A stretch of 64,000 nt of DNA from NCBI RefSeq assembly GCF_028641065.1, contig NW_026576109.1, positions 124,001 through 188,000 on the forward strand, given 5' to 3'. The notes below the pieces were generated by a model, which made no database searches, had not been told where the DNA came from, and saw only the letters and a list, made by a program, of their open reading frames with translations. The translations under genes were made by a program, and so were the position numbers. Position 1 is the first letter of the stretch; each line of letters opens with the position of its first letter. The stretch is from Leucoraja erinacea. Taxonomy: Eukaryota. Shown one piece after another: positions 52,115 through 64,000 of the stretch.

Positions 52115-53167
52115 ATGAGTTGGAAGTGGCACTTGGAAGTTGAATATTACTATTATCCAATTCTGGCAGCAATCGGAGTACCCGGTAGGTGAAGGGAAAG
52201 CAGTAAGAGGGACTGAGACGTGGGATGATATGTTGATAAAAACAATGTTAAAGGTAAAGTTTAAATATTGTGCGAAACACGGGAATGCTAGAGTGCATTC
52301 TTCAGGTCAGGGCGGTATTAACTAAAAAATGTTTGTTTAAGAAATTACTGCAGTTGCTGGAGAAATCGTATCTAGACAAAAATGCTGGAGAATTAGACAG
52401 CGGGTGAAGCGGCATCTATGAAGCGAAGGAATAGGTGACGTTTCGGGTCGAGACTGATCAGTCTGAAGAAGGGTCTCAACCCGAAACGTCACCTATTCCT
52501 TCGTTAATCTACTTGATCGTTGGTCGTTCATTGGATCTGGCACAGGTTAATTCTCTTCAGATTTAGGTACATTGTTGTCATGTCTCTCCGGGAGCTGCAA
52601 AAAGCTTTGGTTTGCAAGAAATCCAAATTAGATCAAATAATATTAAATATCAGTACAAACTATTCAATCTCAGTAACAGGTAGTGTAAGAGGGGACATTG
52701 GAGTGCAGAGCGTAGTTCACGTTTGGGAGCGCTCTGCAGCGTATCACATCCACAAAGCCCAATGTCCGCAAGAGGATAGAGGTTTAACGGCAATGCCCTG
52801 GCATATGGAAGAGCGGCTCAGAAGCCTGACAACAGAGGGTAAGAAGTTGTTCTGGAGTCTGGTGTTGCAAGCTTTAAGCCTTCTGTATGTTCTGCCCGAC
52901 GGGTGCAGGGACGGGTGATGGAATGAGCGGGGTGAGACGTGTCGCCGTTTCCAAGGGATTTTGAAGTGCAAACGCAGTCAACAGTGCGGGGTCTATTTCG
53001 CGATAACTACCCGGCATCTTCCAGAACTCGCTGCAATTTATTGTTTGCAGGGTAGGCGGTGGGCGGCGCGACTCACGTCGCAGTGGCTTCTGCAGTCCGT
53101 CTGTCTTTTTGTTATTTTTTTGTCCTGTTTTAATGTAATTTTTTTTGATGGGGGTATGTGTGTGTGT

Positions 53168-53210
<43 letters not shown>

Positions 53211-55546
53211 GGGGGGGGGGGGGGGGGGGGGTACGGGGGGGCGGGTTTTAAAATATTTCCACTGCACGGACAACCCGACCTCTTCCCTGTCGTTGGGGCT
53301 GCAACGTGGAGCGGCCTCCAGCAGGAACGACCTGGGGCTCCAGTCGCGGAGCTGCGGAGCTACTCACCATCATGCGGCTGGCCGAGTCCGGAGCGGGTGG
53401 AGCTGTGGTGGCGCGCTGCTGCGACCCGATCCCCGGAGATTAGGAGGCTTACCGCAGGTCTGACAGACAGTAATATCGGGAGCCCGTGGGTCCCTGCTGG
53501 GAGACCGCTTTTCGGGGCTTCCGCAACGGCGACTTCTCCTGCCCGAGTCGCGGGATCGAGGAGTTCCTGGAGCGGGGCCTTACATCATCGCCCGGTGTGG
53601 CTTCAACGGCTGCGGGACTTTGCTAGCGCCCGCCGCAGGCTCCAACAACAAGTCCCGGAGCGCGGCCTTGCATCACCCGGCGCGGCGTTAATGGCCGCGG
53701 GCCAATTGCCATCGCCCGCCGGGGGCTTTGCCATCGGGAGGGGAATGGGGAGTGCAGGGGAGAGATAAGCGTTTTTGCCTTCCATCACAGCGAGGAGGAG
53801 ATGCGCTGTGATGGATGTCTGTGTAAATTGTGTTGTGTCTTGGGTTTTGTTTTTCTTGTGTGTATGACTGCAGAAACAACATTTCATTTGAGCCTCTATG
53901 AGGTTCAAGCGACAAATAAATTGTATTGTGTATTGTGTATTGTGTACTGAGATGTGCCCACAGCAAGCGGTAATCTACCCAACAGTATGTTTTCTACGCT
54001 AATCTGTAGCGGCATGTTTGAGTCATCAGATGCAGGTCAAAGTCATTATCTGGAAACTTGCGGGAGCAGTCACATCCAAATTTGGCCGCGGGGCGCGAGT
54101 GCACAGGGTGAAAAGTCGGGGACGGGGAAGACATCTTTATGCGGCATCGTTGTAGAGAATTATTGTGGAAGGGGTGTTATCACTAATTCCTACTGATTAG
54201 GGCATGTTCATTAGAACGTCAAGTATGCACTCGCAAGCTGGTGCACTGATCACTAGGTTCGGGAGTTTATCAACGGTTTGGATGGGAATAGTGTTGAAGG
54301 CAAGTTCTCCAGCGAAGACATGGGCTTCTAACTTTCGATTCCTTGTTGCCTGGCTGTTCCGGGGAATTGTTTAGGTCCAGGAGGATGGCGTGTGATGTGG
54401 ACATGTTGCTGCAATATGCAGTCTGCGGTGCATCACGGATGGCTGGGAGACAGCTCACGCTGCCTGCGTATACCGCTGTTAGCGAATCCGCACAGCTCCT
54501 TAGCACGCACCGAGGTTTGCATGTGGGCTGGTTGTTTTAGAAAAAATATGCAAAGTGTAACCCAAGTTTGTCCCCGCCTCCAAATGAGCATCGCGTTTCC
54601 CTTACATGTAACGACAGTTTGCTCTTTTCCAGTGAACCTGTTGGCGATTGTGATCCTGTCGCGCAGAAATTGTGGTATCTCCAAATGCACCACTCGGTAC
54701 CTGGTGGCCATGGCGACAGTGGACCTCTCGGTGATTGTCTGCGAAGTGATATTACATCGGATTGCCGACCTTTCCTGGATGTATTCTTTCCTCTTCCACA
54801 ATACTGTGTGCAGGTCCATTATGTTCCTCGCTCCCGCGACTGTTGCCTGTTCTGTTTGGCTCACGGTCGCTTTCACATTTGATCGCTTTGTGGCCATTTC
54901 CACTCAGAATCTGAGAACCAGATACTGCACTGAGAGAACCGCGCTGGTGGTTATAGTGACCCTAACTGCGTTCTTCTGTTTGCAGAACGTACCTTGGCCG
55001 TTTGCGTACAATTATTATTTCAGGGATCAGCAGGGTACACTGTGGGGTTGCCTAATACGACATCAGTTTTATAGCCTATCCTCGTGGATAGCATTTTCCT
55101 GGACTAAACAGCTGCTAGTCCCAGTCATTCCATTTTGTTTGATTATGCTGATGAACGTGCTCACAGTCAGACGCATTTTAATGGCCAGTCGTGTCCGCAG
55201 AAAACTCCGCGATCTCAGTAGTGAGGACCCCGAAATCGCAAATCGCAGACGGTCCGTAATTTTACTCCTTGCAATCTCCAGCAGTTTTATGCTGCTCTGG
55301 GGCACAAATGTGGTATATTTCGTTTTATATCGAATTACGAATGCGTTTATGTCCAGGGGGTTGAAAAACCCATATGCAACATTTGAACAAACTGGAATTC
55401 TGCTACAACTGTTGAACACCTGCACAAACACGCTCATTTACACCGTGACCCAGAGGAGGTTCAGAGAGCATCTGCTCCAGGTACTCATGTACCCCTTCAC
55501 CCTAACTGTAAGCTTAATAAAATCGAGAACACCTGGTGTAAATTAA
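52115..55546 (+). CDS. GPR139/GPR142-like GPCR, copy 4 (exon 1 52115-52184, exon 2 54633-55546; ~327 aa)
   Basis: Exon 1 MSWKWHLEVEYYYYPILAAIGVP + GTAGGT; exon 2 after CTTTTCCAG, VNLLAIVILSRRNCGISKC...DRF...NTCTNTLIY, intact. The first ~80 aa of the 384-aa ORF in the track are intronic. Confidence 0.9.
53050..53945 (+). mobile_element. Non-autonomous GC-rich retroposon with a LINE-like 3' tail (related pieces ~6465-7095 -, ~32884-33090 -, ~55965-56275 -)
   Basis: Shared block TGCCTTCCATCACAG...TGTGTATG.CTG...AA..A.ATTTC followed by a short tandem tail (TTGTA / TCTTGA). Confidence 0.6.
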
Positions 55547-56589
55547 CATGACAATACTAATCCCTCCGTGAGTGAGAGCAAAAACGAGGTAATGAAGGAG
55601 TTTCCTCTGAAATGTTTCCGGATCAATTTTCGAAACAAACAGCTTAGAAATACAATCTGAACGCGTCCCCTGCACTGGAATGCACATTTGGCCATCTATT
55701 TAACATGCGACACGGGCGCGTTGTTCAAAACGCCCAGAGGGAAGGGCGGCCATGTGGAGCCGAGTGCTATGTTGTACTGGAGCAGATCTCCAATAATTCC
55801 GGAATTGAGCCTCGCCGTTTACTGTCTCCACCTTCCTTTGACTCGAGCGGCAACGTCACCAGCACTTAATGAAAACAGACATAGAGTTATGGTCCTAAAC
55901 ATTGCATGCTCCATTACTCTACAATTCTTTGAGACGTTCCATGGTTACGTACGTAAATGCCCATGTCAAGAGTCAAGAGTCAAGAGTCAAGAGTCAAGAG
56001 TCAAGAGTCAATTTAATTGTCATTTGGACCCCTGGAGGTCCAAACGAAATGCCGTTTCTGCAGCCATACATTACACACAAATAGACCCCAGACACAACAT
56101 AATTACATTTTACATAAACATCCATCACATAGCTGTGATGGAAGGCCAAAAAAACGTATCTCTCCACTGCACTCTCCCCCCCCCCCCCGATGTCAGAGTC
56201 AAAGTCAAAGCCCCCCGGCTGGCGATGGCGATTGTCCCGCGGCCATTGAAGCCACGCCGGGTGGTGCGAGGTGCACCAATGTGCCCCATAAAATTCTTGC
56301 TGCAACATTTACGTTCATGAGAGTTCAATTTTATATTTGTTTCTCGCACTGAATGTAATGCCTCGTTGCTTCTTACAGAGGTTTTCGGTTTCCATTGCAA
56401 ATCTTAATTCTGCACCAGATGCAGCCAAAGGTAGTGGGTGACGTTCAAACAAGTTCACGTTACTAACTATATGTTTTAATGGAAGCAGAGTGTCCCAAGC
56501 TAATGTCCAGTAGATGGCTGTAAGGTGAGTAAGTTCGCCTGTGTGGTAAGACAGAGGTTCGGAATCGTTTTGCATTAATGCCCCACCTC

Positions 56590-56970
56590 CATCTAGCTTG
56601 TCCATTTATAATTGTATATGTTTCTATAAGACCCCCCCTCGTCTTTCTAAACTCCAGTGAATACAAGCCCAGTCTTTTCAATCTGTCCTCATATGGCAGT
56701 CCCGCCATCTCACGGATTAATCTCGTGAACCTACGCTGAAATGCCCCAATCACAAGGATGTTCTTCCTCAACTTAGCAGACCAAAAATGCACACAATACT
56801 CCAGATATGGCCTTACCAGAGCTCTATACAACTGCAGAAGAACATCTTTACTCCGATACTGAAATCCTCTTGATATGAAGGCCAACATTCCATTAACTTT
56901 CTTCACCGCCTCCTATACCTGAACGCCAACGTTCAATGACTGGTGTACAAGGCCGCCCAGGTCTCGATGC

Positions 56971-57004
<34 letters not shown>

Positions 57005-60000
57005 TTACCTAACATAAACTCATTGAGATAATAATCTGCTCCCTTGCTTTTGCCGGCAAAGTGGATAACCTCATATTTATCTATATTATACTGCATCTGC
57101 CACGCAACTGCCCATTCACTCTACCTGTCCAGGTCACCCTGCAACTTCCTAACATCCTCTTCACAGTTCACACTGCCACACAGCTTTGTGCCATCTGCAA
57201 ACCTGGTAGTGTTGCTCCTAATTCCCTCTTCCAAATCATTAATATATATGGTGAAAAGTTGCAGCCCCAACACCGAGACTTGAGGCACTCCACTCGCCAC
57301 TGCCTGCCATTCTGAAAATGACCCGTTCACTCCTACTCTTTGCTTCCTGTCTGCCAATCAATTTTCTATCCATGTCAACACCCTATCCCCAATACCATGT
57401 GCTCTAATTTTAGTCACCAGTCTCCCGTGCGGCACCTTATCAAAGGCTTTCTGAAAGTCTAGATACTCCACATCCAATGGATCCCCTCCAACCATTTAAC
57501 TTGTCGCAACCTCAAAAAATTCCCGAAGATTAGTCAAGGGCGATTTCCCTTTCATAAATCCATGTATACTTGGACTAATCGTTTTGCTATCCAAATTCCC
57601 CATTATTACCTCTTTATTAATTGACCCCAGCATCTTATCTACCACCGAAGTCAGGCTAACTGGTCTGTAATTCCCCATTTTCTCTCTCGCTCCTTTCCTG
57701 AAAAGTGGGATAAGGAAGACATAAATAATTTGCCGGAATTAGCAGGGGACCGGGGATCAAATAAGATAGAGGAGCGGAGTGAAATGCATGCTAGTCGGGA
57801 AGTGGTGTGATGTAAATTAAATGGATTAAAGGCCGTTAAATCCCCAATGCCAGATAGGCTGCACCGTAGGATAAGATGCTGGGGTCAATTAAAGGATGTA
57901 GCCCCAGAAATAGTGGATGCATTAGTGATGATTTTTCAAAACTCTTCAGATTCTGGAGGAGTTCCTGAGGATTGGAGGGTAGCATATGTAACCCCACTTT
58001 TTAAAAAGGGAGGGAGAGAGAAAACGGGGAATTACAGATCAGTTAGTCTAACATCGGTAGTGGGGAAATACTAGAGTCAGTTATTAAAGATGGGATAGCA
58101 GCACATTTGGAAAGTGGTGAATTCATTGGACAGTCAGCATGGATTTATGAAAGGTAAATCATGTCTGACGAATCTTATACAATGTTTCGAGGATGTAACT
58201 CGTAGAGTGGATAAGGGAGAACCAGTTGATGTATTATATCTGGACTTTCAGAAGGCTTTCGACAAGGTCCCATATAAGAGATTAGTATGCAAACTTAAAG
58301 CACACGGTATTGGGGCTTCAGTATTGATGTGGATAGAGAACTGGCTGGCAGACATTAAGCTAAGTGTTGGTGTAAACGGGTCCTTTTCAGAATGGCGGGC
58401 AGTGACTAGTGAGGTACCACAAGACTCAGTGCTGGGACCGTAGCTATTTACAGTACATATTAATGATTTGGACGAGGGAATTGAATGCAACATCTCCAAC
58501 TTTGCGGATGACACGAAGCTGCGGGGCAGAGTTCGCTGTGAGGAGGATGCTAGGTGGCTGCAGTGTGACTTTGATAGGTTGGGTGAGTGGGCAAATGCAT
58601 GGCCGATGCAGTATAATGTGGATAAATGTGAGGTTATCCACTTTGTTGGCAAGAACGGGGAAGTAGACTGAATGGTGGCCGATTAGGAAAAGGGGCGATG
58701 CAACCAGACCTGGGTGTCATGGTACACCAGTCATTCAAAATGGGCATGAAGGTGCAGCTGACAGTGAAGAAAGCGAATGGTATGTTAGCACTCATAGCAA
58801 AACGGTTTTCAGCATAGGAGCAGAGAGGTTCTACTGCAGTTGTACAGGGCCTTGGTGAGACCACAGCTGGAGTATTGCATATAGTTTGGTCTCATAAGCT
58901 GAGGAAATACATTCTTGCCATGGACGGAGTACAGAGAAGGTTCACCAGACTAATTCATGGGATGGCAGGTCTTCCACACGAAGAAATAGTTGATAGACTC
59001 GGCTTGTACTCTCTGGAATTTAGAAGATTGAGGGAGGATCTTATAGAAACGTACAACATTCATAAGGGGTTGGACAGGCTAGATGCAGGAAGATTGTTCC
59101 CGATGTCGGGGAAGTCCAGAACAAGGGGTCAGAGTTTAAGTATAAGGGTGATATCTTTTAGGACCGAGATGAGAAAAAAAGAAATCACACTGAGAGTGAA
59201 TCTGTAGAATTCTCTGCCACAAAAAGTAGTTGAGGCCAGTTCATTGGCTATATTTAAGAGGGAGTTAAGTGGCTCTTGTGGCTAAAGGGATTAGGGTTAT
59301 GGACAGAAGGCACGTACAGGATGCTGAGTTGGATGATCAGCCATGATCATATTGAATGACGGTGCAGGCTCGAAGATCCGAATGGCCTACTCCTGCACCT
59401 ATTTTCTATGTGTCTATGTTTCTACAACATTAGCTATACTTCCATCCGCAGAAACTGACCCTGAATCTTTTGAACATTGGACAATGATCACCAATGCATC
59501 CACTATTTGTAGAGCCACCTCCCTGAGGACCCTGGGATGCAGACCATCGGAACCAGGGGATATATTATCCTTACGTATTATTAGCCTACCCAATTCTATT
59601 TCTCGCCTATGGAAACATTATTTCAGTTCCTCTACCCCCTTAGATCATCTGTCCTCCAGCACACCTGGGAGATTGTTTGTGTCTTCTTCAGTGACGACAG
59701 ATCCGAAGTACAAGTTCAACTATTCTACCATTTCATTATTACCCATAATAATTTCACCCGTGTCTGTCTTCAAGGGACCCACATTTGACGTTGCTACTCT
59801 TTTTCCCTTAACATATCTAAAGAAGCTTTTATAGTCCATCCTGATATTCTTGGCCAACTTGCACTCACACTTCATCTTCTCAGCCCGTATTGCCCGTTTT
59901 GTTTCCTTCTGTTGCCCTATGAAAGTTTCCCAATCCTATGGCTTCCGGCTACTTTTTGCTGTGTCATATATATTATCTTTTAGTTTTATTCAATTCTGAA

Positions 60001-61762
60001 CTTCTGTTGTCAGCCGCGGTTGCCTCCTACTCCCTTTGGAATCTTCCTTCCTTTTTTGGAATGAAATCATCCTTCGTCTTCCGGATTATGCCCAGAAATT
60101 CCTGCCATTGCTGTTCCACCGTCATTCCTGCTGGGATCCCTTTCCAGTCTACCTTGGCCAGCTCCTCTCTCATGCCTTCACAGTCCCCTTTGTTCAACGG
60201 CATCACTGCCACTTCCGATTTAACCTTCTCCTTCTCAAATTGCAGATTAAAACTAATCATATTATGATCACTACACCCAAGAGGTTCCTTACCTCGAGTT
60301 CCCTTTATCAAATCTGGTTGATTGGACAACACTAAATCTAGAATTGCCTTTTCTCTGGTCGGCTCCATTACAAGCTGCTATAAGTATCGATCTCGGAGAC
60401 ATTCTACAAACTCGCTTCCTTGGAGTCCTGAACCAACCTGATTTTCCCAGTCAACCTGCATATTGAAATCCCCCATCACCACAGTGGCATTACCTTTGTT
60501 ACATGCCAGTTTTAACTCCTGCTGCAACTTACACGCTACATCCGGGCTACTATTTGGGGGGTCTGTAGAAAGCACCAATTAGTGTCTTCATGCCTTTACA
60601 ATTCTTGAACTGCAACCACAGTGACCCTGCCACGTCAGTCCCTATGTCTTCCCTCGCAAGGTATTGAATTCCATCCCTCAACAGCAGAGATACCCCTCCC
60701 CACCACCCCCCTCCTCTGCCCACCTGCCTGTCCAATCTTTAGGATGTATAAATTAAATGACTAGGCCCGATCCTCCTGCAGACCCGTCGCAGTAACCCCC
60801 ATAACGTCATATCTACCAACCTCTAACTGAGGCTCAACCTGATCTCCTTTACTTCTTATACTTCGCGCATTCATATACACTACTTTTAAGTCCTTACGCA
60901 TCTCACCTTTCCCCAACGATCCCTATTACACTTGCCCATAGTCTCCTATCATTTGTGAGCTATCTTTCCCGTTAATTCTGGGGGTCATTAACTACCCATT
61001 TACTCTCTTTCCCTTTAACCCCGTCCTTGACTATCCCATTTGACACCCCACCCCCATTATTCAGTTTAAAACCACCTGTGTAGCAGTGGCAAAGCTGCCT
61101 GCCAGAATGTTGGTGTCCCACATGTTAAGGTTTAATCCGTCCCTTTTGTACAGTTCCTCCTAACTCCAAAACAGACCCCAGGGGTCTAGGAATCGAAATC
61201 ACTGCCCCCTGCACCTGTTCCTCAGCCACACATTCAGGTTCTGTATCTCCCTTTTCCTGCTCTCGCCAGCACGAGGAACTGGAAACAAACCGGAGACAAA
61301 CACCCTGCAGGTCCCGCTTTTCCGAGCTCTCTAAAGTCCCGCTAAAGAATATTCATCTCCTTCTTTCCAACATCGTTTGTGCCGACATGCACTACCACTT
61401 CCGGCTGTTCACCTACGCCCTTAAGGATTTTCTGCACTCTGTCCGTGACAACCACGGATCTGGCACAAGGGAGGCAACGCTCCATCCTCGAATCCCGTCT
61501 GTTGCCGCAGAAACCCCTGTCCGTACCTCTCACAATGGAGTCTCCAACTACCACGGCGTTGCCTGACGTCGGCCTCTTTGGTTTTGGCTCAACAGCACTT
61601 TTTGCTTCGCAAGCCACTCCGCCGATCAGTGTGTTAACGGGATCTGTCCCGACAGCTTCTAAGTGGGAGAGCCTGTTCTCAAGAGGTACACCACTCGAGG
61701 ACCTTTGCATTCCATGTCTCCTTCCCTTTCTCACTGTCACCCACCTTCTCTCTTCCAGTACC
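56590..61762 (-). mobile_element. Near full-length CR1 LINE (ORF1 SGNH esterase, ORF2 endonuclease-RT), split by a nested + strand CR1 at ~57713-59424
   Basis: ORF1 VVVGDSIVRG...VHVGTNDVG (61342-61788); endonuclease motifs MGDFN and SDHN; RT fragments on both sides of the nested copy. Confidence 0.92.
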
Positions 61763-62994
61763 TTAGAAACACAGACACATAGAAACATAGAAAATAGGTG
61801 CAGCAGTAGGCTATTCCGTCATTCGAGCCTGCACCGCCATTCAATATGATCATGACTGATCATCCAACTCTGTATCCCATACCTTCCTTCTCTCCATACC
61901 TCCTGATCCCTTCAGCCACAAGGGCCACATCTAACTCCCTCTTAAATATAGCCAATGAACTGGCCTCAATCACCTTCTGTGGCAGAAAATTCCACAGATT
62001 CACCACTCTGTGTAAAAAATGATTTTCTCCCCTCGGTCCTAGGTTTAGTTATCTGCAACAAAAAATGGAGAATGATGAAATCAACTTTTATCGAAATATA
62101 AACTGATAACAAAAGTATTTTGGGGACAAAATGTGTTTTCCTTCAGCTGCTTGCGCCAGTTGTGATCTCCATTGGGATCGGTGTCCATTTGTGACGTGGC
62201 GCCACTTTCCACAGCAATCTGTTCTGAACTAGATTTACCAACAGACTCTGCATCCATCGTATCCAGCCGCCACGCCTCCAACTTAATGGCAATAGCTCTA
62301 CTATTCCGGTCCTCGACTCTTCCCCCTGATCACACTATACTTCTCTAAACCCATCTCTGATTGCTCATGTAAGTACTCAGGTTACAAATCTGCTTAATAT
62401 AATGAGTTTACAATGTACATTAAAGATTCACTCTTCACCAGTTGCAACCAACGGCGGCTGATGGTGTTTATACAATCAAGGGAATGTAATTATATTTTAA
62501 GAAAGCAGAGTCTAGTAGTCGGGTGCGCTAAAGCGAGAAGGTTCGCGTTTGTGATTGGTCATAGAGCAAATTGGTCTGGCATTTATCTCCCAATCCATTA
62601 CCCCAGCGCAGATGCTGCAGTTCTGCTGATGCAAAGTGTTGAGAATGAAAACAAGAGGAAACAGCTTGACAGGATGATTCTCAGACTCGTGTGCATCGTG
62701 CGTAGAACTCCGCAGTTGGGAAGACATGGAGAATGATAGAGGATGCTTCCAATTAAATTGTAACTGATTACGTAAAATAAGGAATCCTTCTGCTGTTAGT
62801 GCCAGCTAAGATATTTATGAGGATTAGGGTTGATTGATGACTTTTGACATTGCGGCAAATTATGCACAAATCTTTCCATAACATTATTTAAAATCAAACC
62901 TCCATACTTTGAATCCAACAGCGAAGCCTTCAGCTCTCAATGACAATAGATCCACAATTCCGTTCCTCAGCCGTTCCATGGCCATCACTCTTTT

Positions 62995-64000
62995 CTTGTA
63001 TTTAATATGTTTTATTATTTTATACAATTTTTTAACAAAACAGAACAAAACAAACAAAAAAAATAAAAAATAAAAACTGAAAAAGACAACAGGAAAAATA
63101 AAAGGAAGGAAGAAAAAATAAATAATAATAATAATAATAAAACAAAGCGGCCAGACATAACAGTATTGGTACAATCCACATGGTGCTACACAGTCATGCA
63201 TTGCAAAAGCAGAACTAAAGGTCACAGGACTACATCACTGCAGATAATATGAAATTATGAAATTATTGGACTTTGAGATGGTTGATAAATGGTCCACAAA
63301 CACTTAAAAAGTTGTTTGGTACCTTGGAGTTGTAGAAGCGTATCCTTTCCATCTGTATGATTATTATCATTTCATTGAGCCATTTATCGAAGCAGGGGGG
63401 TGTAGATGATTTCCAGTCTGTTAGGATCATTTTCTTGGCTGCCACCATACCAAGCATCAGTGCTTGTTGTTCTTCAGACGTGAAGTACAAAGAAGTCTCC
63501 GAGCATCCAAAAAGTGCTTGTTCTGGATCAGGGAGAATATCTTGTCCATAGACCCCATAAAGCCACTTAAATATTTTAGACCAGTATCTTTGTATATGAG
63601 GACAGAGCCAGAAAATATGTGTTAAAGAACCATTTGCACTTTTGCATCTGTCACATAATGGAGAAATAGCAGGGTAGATTCGATGTAATTTGGTCTTTGA
63701 GTAATGGAGTCTGTGGATGACTTTAAACTGAATCAGTTTATACCTGCCATTGATCGAACAAGTTTGGAATCTGGTCAGACCTTCATTCCAAATGTTGTCA
63801 GACACCTCGAAATTCAGCTCAGTAGACCAGGCTTCTTTCAGATGGGTAGTGGACCCAGAGGTGGTGAATAGACTCACAAAGCGAGATATTAGATGCTTGG
63901 AGTCTGCAGGAAGCTGCAGGAGCTCATAGAGTGGGCAGCTGTCAGGCATGATTTGAAAATTTGCAATTTGGTCTTTAACGTGGTGCCTAATTTGGCGAAA
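62995..64000 (-). mobile_element. L1-clade LINE 3' end (ORF2 C-terminal CCHC finger + 3' UTR)
   Basis: ORF 63263-63949 with QFKVIHRLHY...CDRC....SLTHIFWLC; T-rich UTR and A-rich tail. A smaller + strand L1 3' end lies at ~28130-28556. Confidence 0.88.

Noticed and set aside
53145-53768. Gly- or Pro-rich ORFs here and at 26149-26683 and 44367-45007, plus N-spanning ORFs
   Set aside because: Products of poly-G/C tracts, repeats or assembly gaps.
54392-54632. Long N-terminal extension of the 384-aa GPCR ORF
   Set aside because: Lies upstream of the conserved splice acceptor; the real N-terminus is exon 1 at 52115-52184.
62140-62375. Putative exon (acceptor...GTAAGT) conserved with 43110-43335
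   Set aside because: Stops in the candidate frames and the acceptor is lost in the other copy; explained as duplicated flank.

Overview
Vertebrate genomic DNA, almost certainly from a cartilaginous fish (skate/ray-like repeat landscape; the species is inferred, not proven), with five assembly gaps. The window is part of a T-cell receptor alpha/delta V region. It holds: (i) a complete + strand NAR-TCR cassette: leader, IgNAR-like V (22-bp-spacer RSS), D (12/12 RSS), J (23 RSS) and a leaderless supporting TCR-delta V with a CDR1 cysteine and a 23 RSS (15820-21387); (ii) a second, oppositely oriented NAR-TCR cassette (9693-8767) whose V has no 23-RSS of its own and runs straight into D-like sequence and a 12-RSS, i.e. 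it looks V-D joined in the germline, and it has no supporting V in the window; (iii) a conventional leader + TCR Valpha/delta gene with a 23 RSS (29659-31166). Interleaved with these are five members of a two-exon GPR139/GPR142-like class A GPCR family: three intact, one frameshifted and lacking exon 1, one disrupted by a Penelope element. The rest is mostly CR1 LINEs, plus Penelope, L1 and Rex1-type retroelements, P-like, Harbinger-like, hAT-like and Helitron-like non-autonomous DNA transposons, and a 29-bp minisatellite carrying the RSS heptamer. Most ORFs in the supplied track are repeat-derived or spurious, and most antigen-receptor exons are missed by it.
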